Shown: positions 9,677 through 19,819 of the stretch, piece after piece | Numbering within the stretch: position 1 is the stretch's first letter | Layout of the letters: the number at the start of each line of letters is the position of its first letter | IMG/VR virus record: IMGVR_UViG_3300045988_122718 | Location: 64,001 to 128,000 of that record | Strand: one strand, 5' to 3' | From: a virus | Length of the DNA: 64,000 nt | Program-made: the position numbers and the translations under genes | Notes under the pieces: model-generated | The model's database searches: none | Told to the model about the DNA's origin: nothing | Seen by the model: only the letters and a program-made list of their open reading frames with translations

Positions 9677-12600
9677 ATGATATTACCTAAAGACTTATTG
9701 TCAGAGAGTTATAGAAAACCAAAGGTTATATTGTGTCAAACAAACAAGGATAAAATTTGTCAATTAGATGCAACAGGACTGACTGGAACCTTTAAGTTTA
9801 ATAGCTATAGTGAAATTTCATTTAATGTTGCCTCTATTTATCATGATTTAATTACTGGTGAACAAAAGCGTACTCCATATTATGATTATATTGAAGGGCT
9901 TAGATTAGTTTATCTTGAAGGCTTTGGATACTTTCAGCTTCAGAATCCAGAGTTATATAGTGATGGTATTCAGGAATATAAACAAATAAATGCTTATTCT
10001 TTGGAGTATACACTATCTCAAAAATATCTAGAAACATTTATTATAAATAAGGGAGATGTAGGAGATACAATCGGCAGTATTGATGGAGCTGTTTTATATA
10101 ACCCATTAGATGTTGACCATAGTTTGCTTCATCTTGTATTACAAAAGGCATACGGTTGGACTATTGGACATGTTGATGATGAATTAGCATCACAAAGCCG
10201 TAGTTTCGAAGTTGATAGAGAGTCTATTTATGATTTTATCATGAATGATATGTGCGATACATTTAAATGTTATGTTGAATTTGATACTATCAACAATACA
10301 GTAAATGTGTATTCTGAAAATGAAATTGAGCGCTTTATCGGAGATGGAGAAACAGATACGTTTAAATTATCAAATGGGATTTCTGAAACTACTACTGTTA
10401 CCATCAATGGTCATGTAGTTACACAGTATAAATACAATGAAGATACAAAAGAGCTAATACTTACTCCTGCTCCGGCTCAAGGAGATATTGTAGAGGTTAC
10501 GGATGAATTCAAGCACAAATATGACACAGATATAATTATTGCATTTGAAAATCTGTCAAATGAAATGAAAGTAAACTATTCTTCAGATGATATAAAGACA
10601 GTTCTTACGGTAAAAGGCGCAGACGACTTAGACATTCGTAATGTTAATTTTGGATTGCCTACAATTATGAATCTTGACTACTATTGTACTCCAGAATGGA
10701 TGGGCGAGAAGCTTTATAATGAATACCTTTCATATGTTGACAAACAAGATAAATATATGAGCGGATTCTATAGTAGAGACATTGCAGGTTCTACAGAGGA
10801 AACATTTAATGTTGAAACAACTAAAGAAAGTTTTGTTGTTGGTAACACGCAAGAATTTATAGCAAAAGGATCACAAGAATCTTTTAACGCAAATGGTGAT
10901 GTGTCATATTTTAATATAGATAAAGCACAAGTAACTTATCAGATAAATAGTGTAGTTGAAAAATTAGATGTCAAGGCAGAATCAATGGTATTTGTTCAGC
11001 CAAAACTTTTATCAGAGAAGCATACTGTTGAGCTTGATGAAAAAACATTTATTCTTAAAAATAAAATTATTGTTCCAAAAGATACGAAGGTTTATGTTAA
11101 TGACGAAGAAATAAACGAAAATCAGTATGAATATGATGCTAATAAAAAAGAGTTGACAATTGTTGATGATTCACTTCAATTATCGACGGGAGATATAATT
11201 AAGATAGAAACACCAGAAAATAGCATTCAAACTAATTTTATCTTTGACAATCCTGATAACAAAAATATAGTCGTTAAAGTTAACGGAGAAGAAACTGAAA
11301 AATATGAAACTAACACAACCGGATTAAAAATTGCTGACGATGCAATTTTAAACTATGGAGACACTGTTATTGTAGAATTGATTGATAACAAGTTCAATTT
11401 AAGTAGTACAAAAGATAGAATTATTTCTGTAACTGTAAACGATAGAGATGTGGAGAAATATATTAGGAACGGAAACGTCTTATCTATAACCGACAATAGT
11501 TTGCGTAGTGGTAATATAGTTTCTGTAAAGTCTGTTGGCACAGAAAATACTATTGATTTGTCTCAACATAAAGATAAGGTTGTTGTATCTGTTAGTGTTG
11601 GTGAGAATGAAATTGATTCATATACATTAGAAAATTATAGGCTAACAGTTAATTATGAAGTCAGCCCTGGTGATGAAATAGTTGTTAAGTTGGTCAACAA
11701 CAAATTCGCTGTGCCTCAAGTAAAAGACAGAATATTGTCAGCCGAGATTGATTCTAATAACATCCAAGATTATTCTTTTTCTTTTATTAATGACGTACTA
11801 ACCATCAATGAATTGAAAGCTCTATACAATGGCACACAAGTTATATTGAAGTCTGTTGACGAATACTTTATTTTAAATAAAGAAGGCAGGGCTACATCTG
11901 TTTTTATTGATGGTATAGAAATTGGTGATAGTGAGTTTGATTATGATGATAATAAGTTAACTATCACATCAAATGTAATAACACCAGAAAGCAATATAAT
12001 AGTAGAGTTTGTAGGCACCTCTTTTCATTTAACCATAAGTGGAAGAATTAGTTCTGTTAGTATCAATGGAAAGAAAATAGAAAATTATAGCTTTGATGAA
12101 TCAAAAAGAATGTTAATTATTGATGATGAAAGTTTAATTTCGAATTGTAAAGTTAGTGTAGAAATAATTAACAATATGTTTTATTTATCAAATGTTCAGG
12201 AAAATGTGTCGTTATATGTTTATATTAATGGAATAGAAACGAAAAATTATGAACTTAAAAATAATGAATTAACTATAAAAGACACTCTGAAAATAAAAGA
12301 TACTGTGTCTGCTGAATATACAGACAACCATTTCCAAATATCGGGAGATATTGGATTAAGGCATGTAGTCGAAAAAGAATCGTCAGATGGTTCTTCCGAA
12401 AGTATTCAAGAAGGAACCGGATATGAATATGATGATACTACTAAAATATTAACAATCAATATTCCTCTTAAAAATGGAGAAAAAATAGTAGTTAAAAACA
12501 TTGATACTACAAACGCTTTAAGAGTCGTTCAATCAAATGCAAAAGAAGGAGAAATCCTGCTTGAAGATGTAACCCCAACATTGAAGTCATATGAACCAAA

Positions 12601-14569
12601 GGTCGGAGACTATGTTATAAAAATAGAAAGCTATACAACTATTTTGAAACAACTGTACGAGTTGATAGATAAACAGTTAACAGAAGAAAACTCTGTACCA
12701 GATGATTATGAAATTATAGAAATAAAACTAAACCCAGATAACTTCAATGAGGTCAATAAGTTTTTACCAGAAGCTGACATAGAGCATCTTGGAAATGTTT
12801 ATAAGATTACTAACCAAGAGAAAATCGTTGATGAAAGTGGTGGCGTTTCATATAACGACATAGCTTATAAGTATTATGTCTGTGAAATGAAGATGTCAAC
12901 ATATGTAGATGATGATGGAAAAGAGCAGCAACAGTATAAGTATGTTTGGAATGAAAGAGAATTAGTGTTTGGTGGAGATGGTATAAACTCTCTTAAGGAA
13001 AGAATAGATATTTATTCCGCCATTAATGATATACAAATTGCTGCAGAATGGGATCAAAAGCCACAAGGTAGCGATGAATATCAAAGCTATTCTGATAACT
13101 TGAAGAAGCTACAAGATACCAAAAAGGAATTAGAAGAGAAACAAAAAGCAGTTGATAGTATAGAAGAAGAAATAAAAAGTGCTCAAGACGAAATCAGAAT
13201 GATATCAGAAGATATCAATGTTGATAAAAACTTTTCGCCAGAGAGCTTAGATAGGCTTTCTTTATTCTTACGTGAAGATGAATATTCTGATGATTGTTTC
13301 TGTACTACAGACATTGATACGGATTTAGACATAATCAACACACAGAAAGAGCTATTAGTTGCTGGATATAAAAAGTTAAAGACCATTTCAAGACCAACAT
13401 TATCATTCTCTGCTTCTATGAAAAACATTTATGCAATCCCAGAGTTTGAGCCAATATTACATCAATTCAAACTTGGAAATTTTATAAAAGTTAGAATCAG
13501 AAAAGATTTTATTAAGAAGGCAAGATTACTTGAGGTGCAATTAGATTTTGACGACTTAAGCAATTTCTCATGTACATTTGGAGATTTACTGTCTGCAAAA
13601 GACCAAGGAGATATTCACGCTGATTTGTTGGCGCAAGCAATTAATGCCGGAAAAGCAGTGGCAAGTGGCTCTGCAAACTGGCAAAAGGGCTATAATGTTG
13701 CTACTGCGATTGATGAAAAAATTAAGCAAGGATTGATTGATGCAACGACTTCTATAAAATCAAATTCTGCCGGTCAGGACATTTCATGGGACAATTATGG
13801 TATTCATTTACGCAAAGTTGTTGATGGTATTCTAGACAAACATGAAGGATGGATTACGAACAACAAGTTCTTATATTCTGATGATAATTTCCAAACTACA
13901 AAATCTGTATTCGGTAATTATACTATTGAAGGAGAAACATATTGGGGCATTCTTGCTGGATGCGTTAGTGCTGGTCTTATTGAAGGTAGCCATATTATCG
14001 GTGGAGAAATATGTATTGGCTTACAAGAAGATGGAACTTATGCGTTTAAAGTAGACAAAGACGGAACGGTAACGATGAATAAAGGTGACGCAGCAGAAAA
14101 GTTATCCTACTTTAGTTTTGATGGAGATAATGGTTTGATTGTTGGTGAAAATAAAGAGGGAGATTATTTCTCAAGAGTTTCTGCGCAAAAAATTGAATTT
14201 TGTCGCAAAGCAAGAATTATTGTTGTAACATCTGAACCAACACATAAATACGATAATTATGATTATGTTCTATATCAACACACAGAAGGTTCGACTACTT
14301 ATTTTGATTATTATAAGAATCCAGACTTCGTATATAAAAATGAAGAACCATTATATGAGGCACGTGCCATTGGAGAAAATTTTGAAGACCCTGAAATAAA
14401 ATTCGGCATCCCAATTACTTATTTTGCAAATAATACAGCATATATGAAACAGGCAGAAATAGAAGGAAGTTTAAAGGTTGGTACAGAAGAACAAACCCCA
14501 TCTATTTCTTTGAAGAATTTCAGAATACAAATAGAGAGCAATGGTAGTTTGTCTATTGTAGCAACATAA
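9677..14569 (+). CDS. tail-associated protein Tal (minor structural protein / tail endopeptidase family N-terminus) with an internal domain array
   Basis: Position after Dit. The N-terminal ~380 aa resemble prophage tail endopeptidase / minor structural protein N-terminal regions. A long repeat-containing extension follows. GGAGG RBS. Confidence 0.75.
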   Translation: MILPKDLLSESYRKPKVILCQTNKDKICQLDATGLTGTFKFNSYSEISFNVASIYHDLITGEQKRTPYYDYIEGLRLVYLEGFGYFQLQNPELYSDGIQEYKQINAYSLEYTLSQKYLETFIINKGDVGDTIGSIDGAVLYNPLDVDHSLLHLVLQKAYGWTIGHVDDELASQSRSFEVDRESIYDFIMNDMCDTFKCYVEFDTINNTVNVYSENEIERFIGDGETDTFKLSNGISETTTVTINGHVVTQYKYNEDTKELILTPAPAQGDIVEVTDEFKHKYDTDIIIAFENLSNEMKVNYSSDDIKTVLTVKGADDLDIRNVNFGLPTIMNLDYYCTPEWMGEKLYNEYLSYVDKQDKYMSGFYSRDIAGSTEETFNVETTKESFVVGNTQEFIAKGSQESFNANGDVSYFNIDKAQVTYQINSVVEKLDVKAESMVFVQPKLLSEKHTVELDEKTFILKNKIIVPKDTKVYVNDEEINENQYEYDANKKELTIVDDSLQLSTGDIIKIETPENSIQTNFIFDNPDNKNIVVKVNGEETEKYETNTTGLKIADDAILNYGDTVIVELIDNKFNLSSTKDRIISVTVNDRDVEKYIRNGNVLSITDNSLRSGNIVSVKSVGTENTIDLSQHKDKVVVSVSVGENEIDSYTLENYRLTVNYEVSPGDEIVVKLVNNKFAVPQVKDRILSAEIDSNNIQDYSFSFINDVLTINELKALYNGTQVILKSVDEYFILNKEGRATSVFIDGIEIGDSEFDYDDNKLTITSNVITPESNIIVEFVGTSFHLTISGRISSVSINGKKIENYSFDESKRMLIIDDESLISNCKVSVEIINNMFYLSNVQENVSLYVYINGIETKNYELKNNELTIKDTLKIKDTVSAEYTDNHFQISGDIGLRHVVEKESSDGSSESIQEGTGYEYDDTTKILTINIPLKNGEKIVVKNIDTTNALRVVQSNAKEGEILLEDVTPTLKSYEPKVGDYVIKIESYTTILKQLYELIDKQLTEENSVPDDYEIIEIKLNPDNFNEVNKFLPEADIEHLGNVYKITNQEKIVDESGGVSYNDIAYKYYVCEMKMSTYVDDDGKEQQQYKYVWNERELVFGGDGINSLKERIDIYSAINDIQIAAEWDQKPQGSDEYQSYSDNLKKLQDTKKELEEKQKAVDSIEEEIKSAQDEIRMISEDINVDKNFSPESLDRLSLFLREDEYSDDCFCTTDIDTDLDIINTQKELLVAGYKKLKTISRPTLSFSASMKNIYAIPEFEPILHQFKLGNFIKVRIRKDFIKKARLLEVQLDFDDLSNFSCTFGDLLSAKDQGDIHADLLAQAINAGKAVASGSANWQKGYNVATAIDEKIKQGLIDATTSIKSNSAGQDISWDNYGIHLRKVVDGILDKHEGWITNNKFLYSDDNFQTTKSVFGNYTIEGETYWGILAGCVSAGLIEGSHIIGGEICIGLQEDGTYAFKVDKDGTVTMNKGDAAEKLSYFSFDGDNGLIVGENKEGDYFSRVSAQKIEFCRKARIIVVTSEPTHKYDNYDYVLYQHTEGSTTYFDYYKNPDFVYKNEEPLYEARAIGENFEDPEIKFGIPITYFANNTAYMKQAEIEGSLKVGTEEQTPSISLKNFRIQIESNGSLSIVAT
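11060..12520 (+). repeat. about 8-9 tandem copies of a 52-61 aa domain inside Tal
   Basis: The recurring pattern is (V/I)-N/D-G-x-E/x-x-x-x-Y-x(5-10)-L-x-I-x(6-10)-G-D/N-x-I/V-x-V-x. Examples are VKVNGEETEKYE..., VTVNDRDVEKYI..., VSVGENEIDSYT..., SINGKKIENYSF... and YINGIETKNYEL.... An isolated copy lies at about 10395-10500. Confidence 0.8.
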
Positions 14570-14584
14570 TGGAGGTGAAATAGA

Positions 14585-16345
14585 ATGGGAGTATCAAGCG
14601 GAGCATTTGAAACAAGTGTATATAGTATTGGTGATCAATATCCAAATAGAATAAGAGTAGAATGGTCTTCTTCTCAAAGTGTTGCAAATAATACATCAAC
14701 TATTTATTGGAAAGCAGTAGCTGCTGGTGGGTACGGAAATTGGTTTGTAACAACAGGGCCAGTAATTATTAATATTGCAGGTGTAGAAGTTTTACGTAGG
14801 TCAAGTCGATTTGATATGACACCAGGTATGCAGATTGGTTCAGGTAGTTTTACTTTAACACACGATTCTCAAGGAAACAAAACATTAACAGCGTGGGCAG
14901 AAGCTGCAATTTATACATATGCAATTAGTAGCACAAGATATGGCTACTCTGTTGATTTGCCACAGATTCCAAGGTCGTCTAGTTTTAGTATAAGTGGAAG
15001 TACAATGGGTTCACCATTAACTATTCAGATTTCGAAAGCAGTATCTTCTTTTACACATACATTAACTTGGCAATTTGGAAATAAAAAAGGCACAATAGCG
15101 ACCCAAACTTCTAATTCATCTGTAACATGGACCCCTCCATTAGATTTGGCAGACCAAATTCCAAATGCAACATCTGGCTATGGAACTATTTGGTGTACGA
15201 CTTATAATGGAGGAAGTAATGTTGGACAAAAATCTGCTAATTTTACTTTAAATATTCCATCAAATATAATTCCTTCGATTAATAGTTTTACATCATCTAT
15301 TGCTAGTACTAAACCATCTGGATGTGGAATGTATGTTAAAAATAATTCAACAGTAAGGTGGAACGCATCGGTTTCTGGAATTTATGGGTCAACTATTAAG
15401 AAATGTGTTATTAATGGTCCCAATTTGTATTATGAAACTACAAACTCTTCTAGTTCATATAGTGCAACGAGTTCTACATTAACAACTTATGGTAGAAAAG
15501 AATATACAATTACAATTACAGATAGTCGTGGAAGAACGACAAGTAGAACACAAGGAATTGATGTAGTAGATTATAATGCTCCATTAATTACTTCATGTAC
15601 TTCATTTAGAAGTGATTCATCTGGTAATATTAATGGATCTGGAACATATGTAACTCATAAAATTACAGCATCGTTCTATACATTAAGTGGTAAAAATAAT
15701 ATAAAAATTATTGCATATAGCAAAGAGGGGAAATCTAATACGTATGGCAATAATGTAACTATTAAAAATGATACAAACAATACAATAAGTTATGTGCGTA
15801 CATTTAGTTCTTTTGATGTATCAAAAACATATGATTTTAAATTTGTAATTTCTGATAGCGTTGGTGGTTCTTATACATCTTATACACATGTTGGTACTAA
15901 AAATTTGCCAATAAATATTGCAAATGACAACAATTCTATAGCAATCGGTGGATTTGCACAAACATCTAAAAATAATACAGGTAGATTTGATTGCTTTTGG
16001 GAAACACATTTGCCATCAGAACCTATAATCGGCTCGGATAGAAAACTAAAGACAGATATTGAAGATGTTGATATTGATATAATAGACCTTCTTCATCCAG
16101 TGAAATATAGGCTAATCAATGAATCTTCTGGAACTATTCATTACGGACTTATTGCACAAGATGTAGAAGATACTCTTTCTAGTGTTGGAGTAAATTATAA
16201 AACTGGAATTGTTCATTATGATGAAGACGACAAAACAAATGAACGTTCAAATTATGCATTGGCATATGGCGAAATCATCCCCCTGTTAGTAAAGAAGTGT
16301 CAGGAGCTTCAACAGGAAATAAATGAGTTGAAGAAAAAACAATAA
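14585..16345 (+). CDS. tail fibre / receptor-binding protein with C-terminal intramolecular chaperone (peptidase S74) domain
   Basis: The C-terminus SDRKLKTDIEDV...YGLIAQDVEDTL...YALAYGEIIPLLVKKCQELQQEINELK is the S74 auto-cleaving chaperone signature. The N-terminus resembles the DUF859 siphovirus tail proteins. Confidence 0.8.
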   Translation: MGVSSGAFETSVYSIGDQYPNRIRVEWSSSQSVANNTSTIYWKAVAAGGYGNWFVTTGPVIINIAGVEVLRRSSRFDMTPGMQIGSGSFTLTHDSQGNKTLTAWAEAAIYTYAISSTRYGYSVDLPQIPRSSSFSISGSTMGSPLTIQISKAVSSFTHTLTWQFGNKKGTIATQTSNSSVTWTPPLDLADQIPNATSGYGTIWCTTYNGGSNVGQKSANFTLNIPSNIIPSINSFTSSIASTKPSGCGMYVKNNSTVRWNASVSGIYGSTIKKCVINGPNLYYETTNSSSSYSATSSTLTTYGRKEYTITITDSRGRTTSRTQGIDVVDYNAPLITSCTSFRSDSSGNINGSGTYVTHKITASFYTLSGKNNIKIIAYSKEGKSNTYGNNVTIKNDTNNTISYVRTFSSFDVSKTYDFKFVISDSVGGSYTSYTHVGTKNLPINIANDNNSIAIGGFAQTSKNNTGRFDCFWETHLPSEPIIGSDRKLKTDIEDVDIDIIDLLHPVKYRLINESSGTIHYGLIAQDVEDTLSSVGVNYKTGIVHYDEDDKTNERSNYALAYGEIIPLLVKKCQELQQEINELKKKQ

Positions 16346-16381
16346 AAAATGGATTAAAAGGAGATAATTTATTATGAATGG

Positions 16382-16852
16382 GTGATTTTTATGGAATTGA
16401 TAAAAGATATCGCGGCTGTTATTGGCTGTATATCTGCTTTTATCGCACTTATTACTACAATTTTTAAACCAGTTAGAAAAAAGATTATCAATTGGATTAA
16501 ACATACATCTGAGGCAAGTGAGACTTCTGCGGCAATTAAAGATATTAATGCTAATATTACGGCACTTGAAAGTAATGTAGGGGCGATTCTTGAGCGTTTA
16601 GATAAAATAGATAATCGTATTAAAACATTAGACGAGAGAGTGTTTGAGAATGAGCGTGATAGGATTAAAGCAGAATTATCAGAGTGCGCATCTCGTTGTG
16701 CCCGTAGTATAAAACTTTATCCAGAAGAAAAGCTTCATATTGATGAAATTTATTCTAAATACAGCAACAAACTTCACTGTAATTCTACTGGATCTGAGGC
16801 GTACCATGAAATAGTAAAGTATTATGAAAATCAAGATTGGCTAAATGTATAA
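16382..16852 (+). CDS. membrane-anchored coiled-coil protein (possible holin-like or lysis-associated; function unknown)
   Basis: One N-terminal TM segment (IAAVIGCISAFIALITTIF) followed by coiled coil. It is the last + strand gene before a strong terminator. The start could be GTG 16382 or ATG 16391. Confidence 0.5.
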   Translation: MIFMELIKDIAAVIGCISAFIALITTIFKPVRKKIINWIKHTSEASETSAAIKDINANITALESNVGAILERLDKIDNRIKTLDERVFENERDRIKAELSECASRCARSIKLYPEEKLHIDEIYSKYSNKLHCNSTGSEAYHEIVKYYENQDWLNV

Positions 16853-16861
16853 TAAATATTT

Positions 16862-16896
16862 AAGGACTGAGATTAATTTCTCAGTCCTTATTTTTT
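16862..16896 (+). terminator. rho-independent terminator of the tail operon
   Basis: AAGGACTGAGA-TTAATT-TCTCAGTCCTT followed by ATTTTTT. Confidence 0.85.
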
Positions 16897-17107
16897 GCGT
16901 TATTATAATTATCTATATATTCTTTTAGCACCATATTAATTAAATTAGTTACTGTTCTACTCTCTTTCATTGCAATTTGCTCCAATTGAAAGCGCTGTGA
17001 AGCCGGCATTCTTAATGTGAAATTTACACTATCTTTAGCTTTTATTTCCAAATTTATCACTCCCCTCTCATATAATTTTACTTCATTCTCGTGTCATTTG
17101 CAATGCA

Positions 17108-17136
17108 AAAATAGAAAGAGTGGTTGAAACCACTCT
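17108..17136 (-). terminator. rho-independent terminator after int
   Basis: In - sense: AGAGTGG-TTTCAA-CCACTCT followed by TTCTATTTTT. Confidence 0.7.
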
Positions 17137-18288
17137 TTACTTAAGATTTTTTATAACAGATATAGATTCATTTTGTGTTTCTTGCAACAAATGAGAATAT
17201 ACTGTCATTGTAACGTCAATTTTTGCGTGTCCAACTATTTTCGAAATCATTGTTATCGGAACACCTTGGTCAATAAGCGTACTTACGAATGTGTGCCTCA
17301 ATGAGTGTGGCCCACACTGTTTTATGTTTGCTTGTTTTAATATACGCTGAAATACCTTATACGCATCAGCAGGGCGAACTATTGTATTATATCTTGAGCG
17401 TACAATGTACTGTTCTGGATCATATCCTTTTTCTTTTTTCAAATCGTTAAGAGCCTCTATTGCCATGTCTGATAAAAACACGGTTCTCCCTCTTCCTACC
17501 TTTGTAGTTGATTGATCAATAAGAATTTTGCTTCCATCATTTTTTGTTCGGTCTTTTACATATACTATGGTTCTTGATACATAGACTGTTCTTTTTTCAA
17601 AGTCAATATATTTCCACTTAAGTGCGAGCCCTTCGCCAAGTCTAAGCCCAGTATACATTAAGAAAACATAAAATGCACCATATTTAAATCTTCTTTCCCC
17701 GTTACTATATTTCATATAGCAGGCGTTTACCAACCTAGCTCTTTCCTCTTCTGAAAAGAATCTTTGCTCTTTTTCTTCAAATAGTTCTCGTTTTGGCATC
17801 ACTACATTGTCTATTGGGTTTTTGTTTACTTTTCCTCTGGCTATAGCATAATCAAAAATTTGCCCCAATGTTCCATAAGCTTTGCGAATTGTTGAACGTG
17901 AATACCCGTCTGTTTTAAACTTATTTATTATCATAGTTTGAATTAAACTATCATCTATTTGCTGCAATGCCAAATCCCCTAACTGTTTAATTAAAAAATT
18001 TTCTGTTATGTCTGCAAGTCTATCATATGAGGCTGGTTTAATAGATGGCTGTTTAATATTTTTAAGCCATGAACGAGCAAAATCCTTAAATAAAACGTCT
18101 TTCTCTCCAACAATACCTGTTGACAATAACGCTTCAAATTCTTGCTTTTTATTTAAGCACTCTTGCTTGGTGCCATAGAAATATTTCCTGCCAAATCCCT
18201 TGTATGATACAGATAACTTCCATTTACCATTATCGCGCTGCGTCCAAGATCCTTCTCCGTTCATTCTCTTCTTTGCCACAATAACCAC
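17137..18288 (-). CDS. int: tyrosine site-specific integrase
   Basis: C-terminal catalytic region with ...GLRLGE...HSLRHTFVSTLIDQGV...GHAKIDVTMTVYSHL (R..H-x-x-R..Y). The likely true start is GTG at 18279, behind AAAGGAG. Confidence 0.9.
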   Translation of the reverse strand: MVIVAKKRMNGEGSWTQRDNGKWKLSVSYKGFGRKYFYGTKQECLNKKQEFEALLSTGIVGEKDVLFKDFARSWLKNIKQPSIKPASYDRLADITENFLIKQLGDLALQQIDDSLIQTMIINKFKTDGYSRSTIRKAYGTLGQIFDYAIARGKVNKNPIDNVVMPKRELFEEKEQRFFSEEERARLVNACYMKYSNGERRFKYGAFYVFLMYTGLRLGEGLALKWKYIDFEKRTVYVSRTIVYVKDRTKNDGSKILIDQSTTKVGRGRTVFLSDMAIEALNDLKKEKGYDPEQYIVRSRYNTIVRPADAYKVFQRILKQANIKQCGPHSLRHTFVSTLIDQGVPITMISKIVGHAKIDVTMTVYSHLLQETQNESISVIKNLK

Positions 18289-18320
18289 TCCTTTAACAAT
18301 ACAAAATTAATTGTACTACT

Positions 18321-18350
18321 ATTATAATTTATGTTAACTGATGTGGTCAA
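18321..18350 (-). promoter_or_regulatory. sigma-A-type promoter for int
   Basis: In - sense: TTGACC (18345-18350), 18 nt spacer, TATAAT (18321-18326), then the AAAGGAG RBS. Confidence 0.5.
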
Positions 18351-18650
18351 GTTGTAAATTTCGTACCACATTTATACCACAATTATGGTATTAAATATGG
18401 TGAAAAAACATCAAAAACAATGAATGTTAGTGAAATGCTTATAATTTATATATTAGGGCTAATCCATTGAAAATACTAGACTTGTTAATTCTATAATGAT
18501 AATATTTATTGCACTAATATTTATTCAAATGGATATACTAAACCTACCTAGGTAAGAACTTCAAAGTATTGATTCGACTAGTGTTTGTGTGAATGTGTTT
18601 TGTATTTGACCACATCATTTACCACAATTTGATTGTACCACAATTTGCAA
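18341..18650. other. attP-like region with integrase arm-type repeats
   Basis: Five direct copies of (T/G)ACCACA(A/T)(T/C) lie in two clusters: 18364-18381 and 18608-18646. An inverted ATGTGGTC copy lies at 18341-18348. The clusters flank an AT-rich ~230-bp core between int and xis. Confidence 0.5.
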
Positions 18651-18670
18651 TGCATAGCAAGGCTTAATAA

Positions 18671-18865
18671 TTATTTTTTATATGCCAATGTCTTTTTCTC
18701 GAACCATGCATCAACTTTATCTTCAATGATAAGAAATTTGTTACCGATTCTTACCGAAGGGAAATCTTTTCTTTTGACAAGATCATACACAGAATTGATT
18801 CCTATTATTCCTGGATGTTGTGTATTTAGTTTTTTATATAATTGTTTTACCGTTATATACTTCAT
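18671..18865 (-). CDS. xis: excisionase / MerR-like HTH DNA-binding protein
   Basis: MKYITVKQLYKKL...SVYDLVKRKDFPSVRIGNKFLI matches the excisionase-family HTH pattern. AAGGAG RBS before the internal ATG. It lies next to int. Confidence 0.7.
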   Translation of the reverse strand: MKYITVKQLYKKLNTQHPGIIGINSVYDLVKRKDFPSVRIGNKFLIIEDKVDAWFEKKTLAYKK

Positions 18866-18948
18866 TATATCATCTCCTTGAATATTTTTAATCAAATATG
18901 GAAAATATTAAAATAGTTGCATTGTTATATATAAATTTACGGGGCTAC

Positions 18949-18980
18949 TGGTTTTATTCCAGCAGTCCCGTATTTTTTAT
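18949..18980. terminator. strong hairpin with T-run (module boundary, possibly bidirectional)
   Basis: ACGGGGCTACTGG-TTTTATT-CCAGCAGTCCCGT followed by ATTTTTTATTT on the + strand. It lies between dut and xis. Confidence 0.5.
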
Positions 18981-18987
18981 TTAATTG

Positions 18988-19434
18988 TTATACACCGGTA
19001 GAACCAAACCCACCATTTCTAGTAGATGTAGCATCGTCATCGTCTGTCATTAAATATTTAATAAACATACCCTGTCCAATGCGATCACCTGTATGGATTG
19101 TATAAATGGTTTTACCAAGATTGAATAGTCTAATTCCGATATTTCCATCGTTATCAGGATTGTTTGCATAGTCACTTTCAATCCACCCTTGGGTATTTGC
19201 AATCATTACCGGCTGTTTGCCCATAGAACTACGAACATTGATAAGCAAAGCCTCGTCATTCTCAAAAATTGCTTTGACATCTGTCCAAATCATCTGAGAA
19301 CACATTGGCTCAATGTCCACACTAATTGGACTATAGAAGTCGTATGCAATACTATTCTTTGTAGCACGAGTGGGGAGTTTAATGTCCCCGCTATTTTTTC
19401 TGTGTTCATCTTTAACTACTTCAAAGTGTCTCAT
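18988..19434 (-). CDS. dut: dUTP diphosphatase (trimeric dUTPase)
   Basis: Motifs RSSMG, GDRIGQ and C-terminal GGFGSTG. The ATG overlaps the upstream stop (TAATG). Confidence 0.85.
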   Translation of the reverse strand: MRHFEVVKDEHRKNSGDIKLPTRATKNSIAYDFYSPISVDIEPMCSQMIWTDVKAIFENDEALLINVRSSMGKQPVMIANTQGWIESDYANNPDNDGNIGIRLFNLGKTIYTIHTGDRIGQGMFIKYLMTDDDDATSTRNGGFGSTGV

Positions 19435-19790
19435 TAGAACCACCCACCAAGTAGCTTAGATAGAGCAGGAAAATCATCGAAATAATGAGATTCTCCAAGC
19501 TGTATGGAACCATAATCCTTACAATAGTTGTTTATAAGTTCTACTAGTTCCTTATATTTCTTTTCAATTTCAGCCTTGTTAGCAGCCTTCTTTCTTTCTT
19601 TGATTTCCTTCTCTAGCTTTTCCTGAGCCTTCTTTTTCTCTGCAAGACACTTAGTTTCACAAGCTGCACGTTCACCAACTGTCTTATAAGACTTTCCACA
19701 GATACCACAACGATATAGTGTTTTATCAGATAAATTCTTATCACCATAATTTGAAGTAAAAGTCTTGTTAATGCTATCGTTATTATTCAT
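19434..19790 (-). CDS. hypothetical protein (CxxC...C Zn-ribbon + lysine-rich coiled coil)
   Basis: ORF with a GGAGG RBS preceded by the leader box. No domain recognised. Confidence 0.55.
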   Translation of the reverse strand: MNNNDSINKTFTSNYGDKNLSDKTLYRCGICGKSYKTVGERAACETKCLAEKKKAQEKLEKEIKERKKAANKAEIEKKYKELVELINNYCKDYGSIQLGESHYFDDFPALSKLLGGWF

Positions 19791-19819
19791 AGTATCAATC
19801 CTCCATTAATTTTGTATTA

